A DNA stretch of 60,290 nt, counting the filler, from Streblomastix strix (lineage: Eukaryota), in the NCBI GenBank assembly GCA_008636045.1. It is 3 parts of 3 records of this genome, joined end to end, with 100 filler letters (N's around TTAATTAATTAA, not from the genome) between each part and the next. Parts side by side here need not be neighbours in the genome. Positions count along the whole stretch, not along the records: positions 1 to 20,043 come from SNRW01000464.1; positions 20,144 to 40,180 come from SNRW01000465.1; 1 more part is not named here. One strand, 5' to 3'. The translations under genes were made by a program, and so were the position numbers. Positions 13,136 to 25,146 of this stretch are shown in pieces. Each line of letters starts with the position of its first letter. Position 1 is the stretch's first letter. The notes below the pieces were generated by a model. The model was not told the DNA's origin, did not search any database, and was given only the letters and a program-made list of their open reading frames with translations.

Positions 13136-16100
13136 TCATCCTAATTAAATAAATTTCTAAGATTGATATTTTCTTCATTTTATTTTGAAGAATTTTCATT
13201 ATTTATTTATACATTAGTAGATGTTTATATTATTTAATCAATCATATCAAAATCATTTCCAATCTCAGCTTCTTAATCAAAATTATTGCAATTACTTTAT
13301 TAGCCCTATTGATTATTTTATTTAGTGTCTTCAATTTTAGTAAGTACCTCTTTATAAACAATGTTTCTTGTTTTCCCTTAATTTTAGAAAGGTTTATCAA
13401 GTTAAACTCGGAGTCCTTCCATGCTTCTACATCGTGATAAAGCAACGTATAATTATCCGTGAGAAAAACATTCCCTCTATAGGTTTACTCCTACTATGCT
13501 AAAAGATTGTCCTTAGGATTTATTAATTGTCAATGCAAAAGAAAGTCTAATTGGAAATTATCTTCTTTTGAATGAAATTGGAGAAGTCTCATCTACTGGT
13601 AAAAGATCTATTCGAGAATGTAACACCTCCTCATCTTTATGTGATCCAGCGACTATTTTACATTTTATTAAGTAATTATGCTAAAGAGATAATATTATTA
13701 ATCTTGTTCCATTGCATAGTCCCTATTTCACATTTAAATTTCTTAGAAGCATAACAATTGTACCTGCTTTTAATTTCATGATATATGGAGGCATTCCTTA
13801 TGGAGTTTAACTGTTTAAAAATTCAATAGTATAGTCAATTTTGGTGTCTGTCCATATCAGTTAACTGTCAATACTTAAATAATCGCGACTTTCCCCAGTA
13901 ATTCTATTTAATATTTATTTATTAATTTTCAGTGAATCTTCATTTGTTCCTATTAAAATAATTCTTTCATCTAATTTAATAGTACTATTCTAATTAAATT
14001 TTTTTGGAAAGACAAACCCAATAAAAGATTACTTCTCTATTATCCTTTAATCTAATGATATTTTTCCTTCTTTATCATGCTTAATTTTCCAGCTCCAATA
14101 TCTAAAAGCATATTTTTTAAAGAAATTTACAGATTTTTATGAATAATTAATTCGCATATTTTAAGTTAAATGAAGAAAGATAATTTTATCCCAAATTGTT
14201 AAAGATTAATTTAGACAGATATTGACATTCTCACTTTTATTAAAATGAGGCATAACAGGAAGAATTTATCTAAAATCTCATCCAATAACCATTAATTTTC
14301 CATCGAATGGTTATTCATTCTATAGTTTTGTTTTAAAAAATTTATCAATTCCTTCATTGATATATTTGGAACCCATTGATGCTTCATCAATTATTATTAT
14401 ATCATATGTAACTAAATTATTTGTTATTTTTCCTTAATTTGAAATACTTAGTGCAACTTCTCCACTTGTAGTATTTATTGGAACCTTGAATACACTATGA
14501 AGTGTTTGACCTTCTGGAAGTAGAGTTGCAGCAATTCTTGATAGTGCTGTTGAATACACTTTTTAATTTAATGATTTGTAATAATAATATAATGTAGTGT
14601 ATAGATAAGTCTTTCCACTGCCACCTGGCCATCAATAAAGAAACAGTTAGATTTTCTATTGGTTGAAATAATTGAATCAAACGCAAATTGTTGCTATTGT
14701 TTTAAAGTTTAAAACGTACTTTCAAATTATTAAGAATGGTTAAGATTTTTGTTTGAAAGTTTTTTTTAATTGTTCTAAAATTAAACCTGGAGAGCATACA
14801 TAATTTCAATTTTCATATCAGTGTCCTATAATTGTTCACTAAAATATTAATACAACTATTTAATTACTTCAATCTCACCAACTTCTTTAATATAATTTCC
14901 ACACATTGAAATTTTAAATTTATCCCATAAGTCATTTGCATTAGTTGGACTTTTATGTATCAAAATAGTTCCAAAAAGAATTCTTATCTGAAACGGCATT
15001 TAATTTTCTTAAACTTCTTATTGACACAATCCAATTCACAATCCGTAGCTATTAATCCACATTTTCTTGCAGCTTCTTCAAAAGTTGAAAAGATCAAGTT
15101 CAATTCATTATCATCAGTTCTCTTTTCTTCAAAAAAATGTAGGATCCTTTTTATGGTAAAGAAGTTATCTAAAATAAAATAATTCTTTAGTTTTTTGACT
15201 TAGAATATATTTTCTGCCAACATATTACGATTTTTTTGATCTTTATTTCCATTTATGATCTTTTTTATTAAAAGAAAAATATTCAAGAAAGTCAGGATAA
15301 GTGATGTTTAAAGTATTAACTTCAAATTTTTACTTTTTTACTTTTTCTTTTTTAAATTTTAAATTTTTTTTTATTTTTGATATAATTCTAATTTATCTGA
15401 TTTATCTTCTTGTTAACTACTAAAATTATCTTCATCTTATTTTTAATTATTATTTTGGGAATCATATGAATAAATTGAATGGATTCTAAATCCTTAAATT
15501 ATCATCCTTACTATTAAATCTTTTCTTAATTTTCAGTTTATAACTGATTAACTTATTGCTATAATTGATTAAATAATTTTTCTTTGTATTCTTAATTAAA
15601 GTTAAAAAATGCTTATAAGGTAGTATTTTTCTATTGATCAAGTTGTATTGCTTCAACTTCTTCACCGTCTAAAAATATGATTCCTTCTTCGTTTTCTAAA
15701 TGTAAAACTAATCTCATTACAGAAACTGATCCGTACGATATTGGATATTTATATAATTTCCACGTTGCTTCATGAGCTGTTAAGTATCTGATTTCAAGAT
15801 GATCAAGGATTTCATCAACAAATCGCTTAAATTAAGTATTATCTTGTTTTCTTAGAATTAGTTTCAATTCAGCACGATCGTGACCTTTATGTATATATTT
15901 ATAAATATATTTTATTCCTTGGACCCCTGCACAAAATTCTACATTATTATGAGTTTTATATTTAAGTAAAAGTTTTTTAGTTTGGAGAACTTCCCAGTAA
16001 TTTCGATATTATTTGTCTCCTTTTTTGAATATAGAACCTTAATTTCTTCTTCAATATAAGTAATATACATCAACAATGAATGTAGTTAAATCTTATTATT

Positions 16101-16890
16101 TTTTAGGAAATCCTGTTAATCATTTTTCATGTTTCCAACATTTTGTATCTACATGCAATCATAGTCTAAGAATTTAATGAATAACAACTAATTTATAGTA
16201 TTCTTTACTTTTGAATGATCTGATAATTTACCTTACATCAGTTTATCAAACTACGATGCAGTTTTTGAAATCTCATCCTCTCCTAATTTATTTAATAAAT
16301 GAATATGTGGAAGACGTCGCTTTTAAAACTCATTTGCACCAACTCAATAATTATGCTTTCTGAGGAATTTTTTCTTAGAATTAGCTTTAATTAATTTATT
16401 GCTATTCATTTTAAATACTTTACAACAAAAATCAACTCTATCTTATGCGATTTAATCTTCAAATAAATTTTTTAGTTATTTAAGGCCACTTTGAATTTAC
16501 TGTCATTGTAGTAAATAAAATAACCTTTCCTCTTTTCCTGTTAATTGCCATTGTATCTTAAAATTATTCTTTCATGTAACAGCGACTTTGAGTACGGGAT
16601 GCAGGAAGTTTATTCACAATATTGATTATAAAAGCAGAGGTTGAAGGACTAAAAATTGGTGAACAACATCCATATAGATAGTAACTTATTAATGATAGAA
16701 CAGTTGCTAAAACTTATTAAGTTATTTAAGAATAATGATAAAATTAATATTCATCATAATATTGCATTAATATTCGCTTATATTTTCAAAGCATAGTCAA
16801 TTCCGTCACATTTTAGCAGAAGAGTCATAATTGTCCTTAAAACTAGAAACTGCAAAGAATTATCGCATCTTGCTGAATGTAAAGGCTTAA
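13136..16890 (-). mobile_element. Decayed Helitron Rep/PIF1 helicase (RepHel) gene
   Basis: HUH Rep motif QKRRLPHIHL (~16310), KYIYKYIHKGHDRAE (~15890), RYLTAHEATWKLY (~15775). PIF1 motifs PGGSGKTYLY (~14615), IIIIDEASMG (~14385), DFRQILPV (~14265), QFPIRLSFALTINKSQGQS (~13505-13560), FSHGQLYVA (~13455). Many frameshifts. Confidence 0.92.
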
Positions 16891-16989
16891 TTTCATTAAT
16901 TAATAAAATAATTTTTATTAAATTTTATTAAAATATAATTTATTATCAAATTCAATTATTAAATTATTAATTTTATTTTTATTCACTTT

Positions 16990-18760
16990 TGGATAACTAC
17001 AATTTGATTCTTGCAAATGATTTTGTATAGTTACTTTTTATATGTAATTGGGATTTATTTGATTAACTGAATCTTTCCAATCTATAGCCTTAATACTGTT
17101 CTGATAAAAATAAAGAAGATATTGCAAAAAAATAAAGAATAGGTTGCTAAGATTGAATTATTACTAATACATTGATGAATTAATTAATATTTATAAATCA
17201 GAATAGAAAGAAATATATATGAAAAATATATAATAGCAAATTAAGAAAGAATTAATTAAAACATTCAAGATATTAGATATTAATGTTGATATCATTGAAT
17301 TCACAATTATTAAAGAACAATTAATTTTCTTATAAGAATCAATTGAAGCTTTTTACAAAGAATTACCATAATATTTATCAGAATAATTGCAAAACTTAAT
17401 GAAAATTCTTCCAAAAACTACGATATAAGTTAATACTGTGATAAAATCCATTATTAATTATATAATAAACAGTATTTCAGTTATAATTTCTAAGTCAATT
17501 AGAAAAGACAAAAAAATAAGCATTTAATTTCAATGGAAAAACATTATTTAATTAATTATATTGATAAAATAAACATCTGATTTCTAAATCTCACAATAAT
17601 TTGCACAACTAATGGATGAAATAAGCGAATATGGATCAGCTGAATAAACGCATAAAATATTTGAAGTGGGAATGTTTTACATTCTAGCTACTGGTCTTAT
17701 TAATAATGAAGAAGAAATACAGTTATAAATGATTCAAACAATTAAGCAATTTATCAAAAAAGAATTTTAATTAAAATAAATTCACTCAGAATCTAAATAA
17801 AATCCTTAATTGTAACAAGTTTCATTATAAACTGGCTATTAATTGAAATAACTTATGTCAAATAATCATTCAAATTTATCAATATTTGAAAAATATGTAA
17901 TAATAAAATTATTAATTGATAGCATATTGAAAAATAAGAAATGTTATACGAAGAATAAAAAAGAAACGTTAGAACTTCTTGATAATCTTTATTTTAATGG
18001 AATCAAACTATAAGATGATTGTAAATACCAATTAATATCAGAATTTAGTGAATTAATTAAAGTTCAAAATGAAAATATTAATAATTATAGAAATTGTGAA
18101 ATAACTGAAAAAAATGAAGTTTCTGAGGTTGAGAAAATATATGATGATATTGATGATATATTGTGCAAGTAAATTAATTTTGTGATATAATCCTTTTCGT
18201 ATTTATCTTTGAACTCTGGTAAATTTTTATTTTATAATTCTTTTAAACAAAATAAATTAAAAATATATTTATTTATTCTAATTTTTAATATATTTATTTT
18301 ATCATATTTTTTTAGATAATCATGAATCAGATTCAGTTGGAAAATGGATTAAGATTGCAGCTAAATATATTAAGTCTGAATTTAATTGATAATTAAAAAC
18401 CAACTATAAAATAATTTTATTTAAATATTTATTATTTTAAAAATAGAGATAAAATTGAAGGAAAGAAAGTTAGCTAAAAAACATTCAATTATTTTTTTCA
18501 ACTCATTCTTAATATTTTCCTTAATGGAATATCAATCACAAAAAGACTTATATTGAAAGAACTTCCATTACAAATTCAAAATATAATAAATAATTTTAAA
18601 GAAATATTTTAGAAATAGAATCATAAATCAATATTCAATAACTTCAAAGTTCATATTCAAATCCAGAGACAATGAAAGAGCTTTGGAAAATAAAAAGAAT
18701 TATTAAAATGAGGAATGTGACTGGATTAAATGATTTTATAAAAGGTGGTCTAATGAAATA
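16990..18760 (+). pseudogene. Fragment of a host helical-repeat (ARM-like) hypothetical gene with introns
   Basis: Code-6 frames such as FAQLMDEISEYGSAEQTHKIFEVGMFYILATGLINNEEEIQLQMIQTIKQFI. Intron-like segments end in ...tttag (~18315). It is bounded by the Helitron on the left and a DIRS end on the right. Confidence 0.45.
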
Positions 18761-18804
18761 ATTTATTATATTAATTGAAAAATCAAATAAAGAAAAAGAA
18801 AATT

Positions 18805-20043
18805 ATGATTTGTTATCCCTCTATATCCTTATCTCACCTCATTATTGAGATACCATTGTGGCTCCAATATGGTAGGTGCACGAACAGGAATCTGACCTAT
18901 GGGTTGGCCTATTTGATGTGGCAAAGAATTCAAAAAGAAATAACAACATTATAAAAGTAATAAAAAATTACATCCGAGTCCCGGTAAAGAGAGTTCGGCA
19001 AAACGAGGCAAGACAAAAGGAAATTAAAATTTTAACAATCAGTGTTGGGAAAAAATAAATAATTTAAAACCTTCTTGGAAAAATATTGATTAACGTTAAT
19101 AAAAAACCTAGTTATATATATATATATATATAAATTTAGTAAAAATATTAAAAAAAACTAAATTGAGAGTAAAAAATTGTTTTGAAAAAACTTCTCTCGT
19201 ATGGAAAATAAATAACTAAGAGTAAAAAACCGCAATAAAAATTGATAAGTTAATGGTTTAACTGCTCTCATGAGGAAAAGAAATATAGAATCTCATAGAA
19301 AAACCTCAGAGAATAATTGTATAAGTATAAAATAATTATTAAACTGTTAAAAGATATAAAATTAAATGCGTTGATTTTTCATTAACTGTTTAATCATTCT
19401 TAAAGAATTGGTTTTATTTCACTCATTCGTCTATTTCTTCTTTATATTCGTCGATGCTACTCGTTGACAACATCTCTTTATCGATAATCCGTTATATCAA
19501 ACTTATCAAACTTTGACAGAGTAATGTCCTTATCTCTGCATTATCATTCCATACGCTCCAGCCCACCTTCAGCATTATTCAGCTTGTTCGATCCTTCAGT
19601 TCTCTAGGGAAGTTTCTCCTTATTTCTATTTCACCTCGGGTTGGGATACATATTTTGGGTGGGCCAGAGGTGAGATAAGGAGATACGCGGATAAAAAATC
19701 ATTACCCTGTCTCCGAAAGAGATGAATATAATAACTGGTTACTCCCTTCTCTCCTTATCTCACATTTTTATTGAGATACTTAGTTTAATCTTTCATTACC
19801 TTGGCCTTGATTACTTGTTAATTGTTTAGCTATGTCATTTGCTCTAATTGACGATGCGAAAATATATTATTGTTAGACATTACGTGAGTTTTAAGAGTGA
19901 TGAGTAAAGGCAGCGAGATCTCTTTCAGGGATACCTAGCTTTGCAAGTTCTGTTATTGCTGAGTGTCATGTTGAGTATGCTGATGCTCCTACTATCTTCA
20001 GTTCTTTTAGTAGTTTTGTAAGTTGTAGACTGATATCTTTTGT
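18805..20043 (-). mobile_element. 3' end of a DIRS-type retrotransposon with terminal and internal complementary repeats
   Basis: Recombinase C-terminus at ~19770-20043. The motif atcc..tat.tccttatctcacctc at ~18805-18840 is inverted at ~19667-19703, and a direct copy ctccttatctcaca.tt.tattgagatac lies at ~19750-19779. Confidence 0.75.
19770..20043 (-). pseudogene. Tyrosine recombinase C-terminal catalytic region (DIRS)
   Basis: KDISLQLTKLLKELKIVGASAYST*HSAITELAKLGIPERDLAAFTHHSQNSRNVQQQYIFASS matches the S-x-R-H...L...G...H...Y catalytic box; the catalytic Arg codon is now TGA. Confidence 0.8.
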
Positions 20044-20143
20044 NNNNNNNNNNNNNNNNNNNNNNNNNNNNNNNNNNNNNNNNNNNNTTAATTAATTAAN
20101 NNNNNNNNNNNNNNNNNNNNNNNNNNNNNNNNNNNNNNNNNNN
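20044..20143. other. Artificial assembly linker/gap
   Basis: 44 N + TTAATTAATTAA + 44 N. Confidence 0.98.
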
Positions 20144-21267
20144 AACTCATGTTTCTAATTGAATCGTTCATTCATACACTTTTAAAATTTCGTTTATTTA
20201 ATAAATATATTTTTATATCAGATTTTATACAACAATTATATATTTTTAATTATTGTTAATCGAGAAATTCCAATCGCGATAAAGAAATTGCGCACTGGCC
20301 TACAAAAATTCTCAAAACTTATATTTTTTACTTTTTCGCCTTTATTGTTATGCGACACATCAAATAAACATTAAATTATCAAATTATTTAAACTTTTAAA
20401 AATCGAGCTGTTTTTTCTAATTTTCTGTTCCAACTTCATCTCTGATAATATTTTATTGAAACTGTATATATTTTATTTCGTTTGCCCCTCGTTCAAATAG
20501 TTTTCCAGAAGATTGGATATATTTGAACAATTACTTATCATAAAAAATTTCCAAATTTTTTTTCCAGATCCAAGCATTATTGAATAATATAATGCTTTGA
20601 AAATATTTAATTTTGGGGGCGAACCGCACATTATCTGGACCATTTTCATTATTTCAGCCTCATTATGTATATCGCGATTTTCTCAAAACGACCCATCAGG
20701 GGTTTTTCCAAAAAGCGCAAATTTTTACCCATTGATGATTTTGAAAATCAAAGGAAAATATCCATTATAATGAATAATTGCATTGAATTGTTTATAAATG
20801 TATATAAGAAATACAACAAATAATTACCCAGATATAATATCTTTCTATACATTGGAAAATTATGTTTGTCTTGTTATCTCTGTCTTTATTTGTGCTATTA
20901 GATTTTTATTATTAAATTTTTATATATACACATTTTTTCTAATACACTATTAATAAAATACAACGTATATTTTAATGTTAATCGTGTAAACTTAATTCCA
21001 AAGAAAAAATATCTTCTTCGGTTTCTAATGAAGTATTTTAAAGATATGTTTATAAATTATTATTTCAGATTTACATTGCTAACAAAATTTAATAAATTTA
21101 AATTATTCATGTTCTTTTTTCCAAAGACAGAGCAAATAATTTTTATTTTTTGATTGACAATTGTTTTCCCCTTTTATAGCACATTTTCAATCTGTTTTTG
21201 TTTAATTTTTTAATTAATATTTTATTCATTTATCTTTTTATATATTTAGTTTAATTATATTTCTACT

Positions 21268-22113
21268 ATGCAAGCTAATACTGACTCACCAAATATTCGT
21301 GTTACTGGCAAATCAAAATGCTGGATGATAGGCTTTTCCTTCTTAATAGCCATATTTATTTTTATAGCTCTATTCATAGTTAGCTTATTTTACGAGGATT
21401 TATTAGGTCTTACGATAGCATGCCCTATGGTTGCAATGCTTTGTTTCTATGTAGTTATGTTTACAATGTTCTGTGATGTTGAAGTAAATGTTACTTATGA
21501 CCCTAATGCTCAGACTCTAACAATAGTGAATGTTTGCATTCTATTTATTATATTAATTATAATTATATTAATATTGCATTCTGTTATATAGACCAAAAAC
21601 CCCATGTCACGCCTCTGCTGCTGCAAGAAGAAAGAAGAAACATTCACATTCCAGTTGGTCAATGTAACTGGTATTAACACTGTGAATGATTGCTAAAAGC
21701 ATAAGCTGTATGTCAGTTCGTTAACTCAAGCTCGCATTGCTACCGATAGTGTGTTTGGTGCTACTTAATTCAACGGACTATTTGAGGTTCTCAGACCGAC
21801 AATTGAGATGCAGAATTTCTAAAGATCGACACAAAGATTAATTCCGAGTGCACAACCACAACAGGTGATTGTCGTTATTAATTAGTCTAATGCAGATGAA
21901 TATATAAGGCAGCATCCCAATGCGCAGATTCAAGTTGTTTAAGGGAATTACAACCCACCAGCGGTCGTTGCAGTTTAATAACATACTTATTAAACACTAA
22001 CTCCGATTTAACAACAACAGAATCAATTGCCGCCGTATGCAGTGCCATCATAGGGTCCTACTTCATATCCAGTTGCTGAAGATGAGCATTCACAAGGTGT
22101 AGCCAAACCATGA
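21268..22113 (+). CDS. Membrane protein with two N-terminal TM helices, a Cys cluster and a Gln/Pro-rich tail (exons 21268-21531, 21592-22113)
   Basis: ATG 21268; hydrophobic WMIGFSFLIAIFIFIALFIVSLF and LTIACPMVAMLCFYVVMFTMF; 60-nt phase-0 GT..AG intron 21532-21591; exon 2 TKNPMSRLCCCKKKEE...QQQQNQLPPYAVPSQGPTSYP... ends at TGA 22111-22113. Confidence 0.8.
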
Positions 22114-22477
22114 AATAGTAAAACAGTTACTGATTTATATAAAATAGGCATCTCTTAATTTTTCATTTTATATCATATAATTATTTTACGAGTTTATTTA
22201 TTTTAATATTCATTTTTATCAATAAATATCAAATTTATACCTTTTATTAACTTTTGTAAATTTAAATTTTCGCCTTATAATTAAATTCAGAAGGGTTTTT
22301 CATTACTCTATGATTATTTTTAACATACTTTCATATTTTGAACTAATTTAAAAAGTTTAATTGTTATTTCTACCAAGCGTTGAAGAATTTTTATAAACTT
22401 GCAAAAAAATCATATTTTCTAACTATTTATTACACTAAATTCAATTTAATTAGCAATTTTACCAATTTTTATTTTAG

Positions 22478-23230
22478 ATGGCAAAAAGTCTGCATATTGA
22501 TGTTGTGTAAGACTTCAACTGCCCTTGGTGCGAAGTGGCAAGGAATCGGATAAACGCAGCACTCGCATAGATCGATAAAAGCGTACCATTACAAATTATT
22601 TGGCATCCATATATCCTAATTGATCTTCCTGAAGGAGGCATGCCTAGAGACTAGTATATGGTGAAACGATTCGGCGAGAATGCATTATTCAATTATGCGA
22701 AAATGGCTGACGAAGTGGCCTAAGAAGGAATAAACATCAAGAATGTATGTCCACAAATGGCATGCACAATTGACGCACACCGAATTGTTGAACTTTCCCT
22801 TACACTAGGCCATGAAAAGCACGATAAGTTACACGAAATGCTTGTCAAAGGATATTACTAAGAACAACTGGACTTGAACAACAGAGAAAATTTAATAAAA
22901 GCCGGAAAATCAGTCGGTCTGGATGAAGCGTAGATTCGTGCGATGTTTGAAAACAAAGAAGGAAGAGAAAAATTTGTATAATAGACGAATATATAAGCGA
23001 AACTTAATGGAATTGATGAAATACCGAATATCACTATTAATGGGTATGAAATATGTTTATATTTATTTATTCATTAGTTATATTTATTTATATATTATTT
23101 AATTTATTATTTATACATTATTTGTATATATTTATGTATTATTTAATTTACTATTTATAGGAAATACAACTTCAGAGGAGCCGCTTCTCCTAAGGAGCTT
23201 CTAGATGCGATTCATAAAATATTAAGTTGA
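22478..23230 (+). CDS. FrnE/DsbA-family thiol-disulfide oxidoreductase (exons 22478-23043, 23161-23230)
   Basis: MAKSLHIDVVQDFNCPWCEVARNRI...IIWHPYIL...TIDAHRIV...GIDEIPNITING/KYNFRGAASPKELLDAI*. CPWC active site, DAHR motif and cis-Pro loop are typical of FrnE. Intron 23044-23160. Confidence 0.9.
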
Positions 23231-23376
23231 GAATTTGAATAGAAAATATGAATGAAATGAAAATTGAAATTTCAGATAAATGTTTAAAGTAATATTTTAG
23301 TTCAATATTGTTTGAATTGCGAATATTCATTGAAAAGTTAAATACTAAATATTTTTGATATATTTATAATTTTTTG

Positions 23377-23521
23377 TGAAATTTAATCACCTGTTTATTT
23401 TTTATTTAAAAATTTTATTTTTTGTTTTTTATTGTAAATTTTTCAAATAAATAATACATTTAATATAGTGATATAGAATTAAACCTTCTCCTAATTGCAA
23501 TTTTTTTTCATCAAAATTTCT
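23377..23521 (+). repeat. ~145-nt direct repeat, copy 1
   Basis: tgaaatttaatcacct.tttatt...aatacatttaatatag...aattaaaccttctcctaattgcaatt.tttttcat..aaatttc recurs at 23990-24132. Confidence 0.85.
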
Positions 23522-23589
23522 GAATTTTAAATAAACTCTATATTTGATTATAAATAAAAATTGGTGAAAAAAGAAATAACCCTTACTTA

Positions 23590-23992
23590 TTAAGCTGTCT
23601 TCCCTCCAGAAGGCAAGCTCACCATTTATTTGCACATAGGGCCAGCTAAGGGCCAGACCGTTTTTCATATAGCGTATGAATCAGACTCATCGGCTAACCA
23701 CGAGACCTCTCAAAAGCAAGGTTCAGGACACGAGTACATGAACGACTTAAATTCGGTAACACGATGGCGTGTCAGTCTTTTGTCAGACGAGGAAAGGCTG
23801 AAAGTGCTTCAGGATGCCAAACTCAATGATCCGACATTTGACGAACGAAATGCTGATTTTGTTACAAAAATGAAAGTGCTAATGAAGCATATTGTCGATT
23901 AGGACTTCAAATATGCAGAACAGCCGCCGTCAGAAGCATCAATTCGTAAAAAACGGAAGAACACGAGCAGCAAGATTGGAATTGTTATATGA
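23590..23992 (+). CDS. GC-richer ORF fragment of unknown function between direct repeats
   Basis: QAVFPPEGKLTIYLHIGPAKGQTVFHIAYESD...TRWRVSLLSDEERLKVLQDAK...SIRKKRKNTSSKIGIVI* (TGA 23990-23992). No clear 5' start. Confidence 0.45.
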
Positions 23993-24132
23993 AATTTAAT
24001 CACCTATTTATTTTTTTATTTTTTATATGTATATTTTATTTTGATTTTTTATAGTATATTTTACAAATGGTCAATACATTTAATATAGAATTAAACCTTC
24101 TCCTAATTGCAATTATTTTTCATAGAAATTTC
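23990..24132 (+). repeat. ~145-nt direct repeat, copy 2
   Basis: Matches 23377-23521 and starts at the stop codon of the intervening ORF. Confidence 0.85.
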
Positions 24133-24204
24133 GTCATTTTCGTTCGCGTAAACCTTTTTCCATGACGAAATAGTATTAATTTTTTTTTTGGTTTATATAG
24201 TGTG

Positions 24205-24478
24205 ATAATTAGATTAATTCATGAAATAACATTAATATTACGCATTATTCGTGTCAAATGGCTTGTATAAATAATAATATGTGAAAAAAAAGAAATTAAA
24301 TATTTAGCATAATTCTTGAAAATAAAAAAGTAGTAACATTAATATTTCACATTATTCAAATCAAAAGGCTATTATAAATATCAATATGCGGTGATGCTTA
24401 TAGTCATTTGGTGTGAACGATTGTTGTTATTTTTATACGAAAAATCTTAAGATCCAAAAGTTTTATATATTATCTCTC
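24205..24478 (+). repeat. Solo terminus of the Polinton-like element (copy 1 of 3)
   Basis: gatgcttatagtcatttgg...atacgaaaaatcttaagatccaaaagttttatatattatctct resembles 37070-37157 and 39358-39446. The upstream part (taacattaatatt..cattatt...tcaaatggc) matches 39300-39340. Confidence 0.75.
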
Positions 24479-24699
24479 TTAAATTTTAGGTATTTTATGA
24501 TATTTTGGTAGTTTATTGTAAATATTTAATGAATTTGGAAATTTAACTCATCTTATTAACTTTGTGTACCTTTTCAAACAGCGGGTTAGGGATGATAAAT
24601 AATAAACTTTTAGTGCCTTTTCAAAAGGCGCGTTAGGGTCAAAATCTAAAGAACTTAGCGTGTCTATTCTAAATACGAGTTATAGGATTTTAAATAATA

Positions 24700-25140
24700 A
24701 TATATTTACATATAAATGTATAAAACATGTAGTGCTTATTAAATAACTTCGTAATTTTCTTCTTCTGATCCACAACATTATCCAATTCCTTATACTATAT
24801 TTCTGACTATTTTGTTTTCTTTGATCAATCTTCAAAATGCATTTTTATGCTGATTATCAGTGATGTGATATAAACATTCGAAACTATAAAATCTTATTTT
24901 AGCTGATTCAATGGAGCTCTTTTCTAATTCATGTTATTTTCTCTTATATTATGAAAGATAAATTAGTAGCTCTACAAGATCATGTTCATAAAATATTTTA
25001 TTTTAATAATCCTTATTAAATAAAAGAAGTTAATTCAGAAGATTAAGAGATTGTAATGCTAGTAATTGTGAAATTGATAATTAAGGATTTGCTTTAAAAT
25101 ATTATACATGCCAAGGTAATAATTAATCTAAACAATTTCA
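24700..25140 (-). pseudogene. Host-like helical-repeat gene fragment abutting the viral fibre gene
   Basis: FKANPQLSISQLLALQSLNLLNQLLLFNKDYQNKIFYEHDLVELLIYLSQY...AF*RLIKENKIVRNIVQGIGQCCGSEEENYEVIQQALHVL; one in-frame TGA. Confidence 0.45.
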
Positions 25141-25146
25141 AGGATT

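Noticed and set aside
1..20043. One large DIRS element spanning from the recombinase piece at 1-766 to the one at 19770-20043
   Set aside because: On the minus strand the C-terminal piece lies upstream of the N-terminal piece, so these are separate copies.
20044..20143. TTAATTAATTAA palindrome within N runs (also 40181-40280)
   Set aside because: Identical 100-nt synthetic spacer used to join contigs; adjacency across it is not biological evidence.
20144..20760. Possible transposon end or short minus-strand ORF at the start of contig 2
   Set aside because: No repeat partner or protein motif was identifiable.
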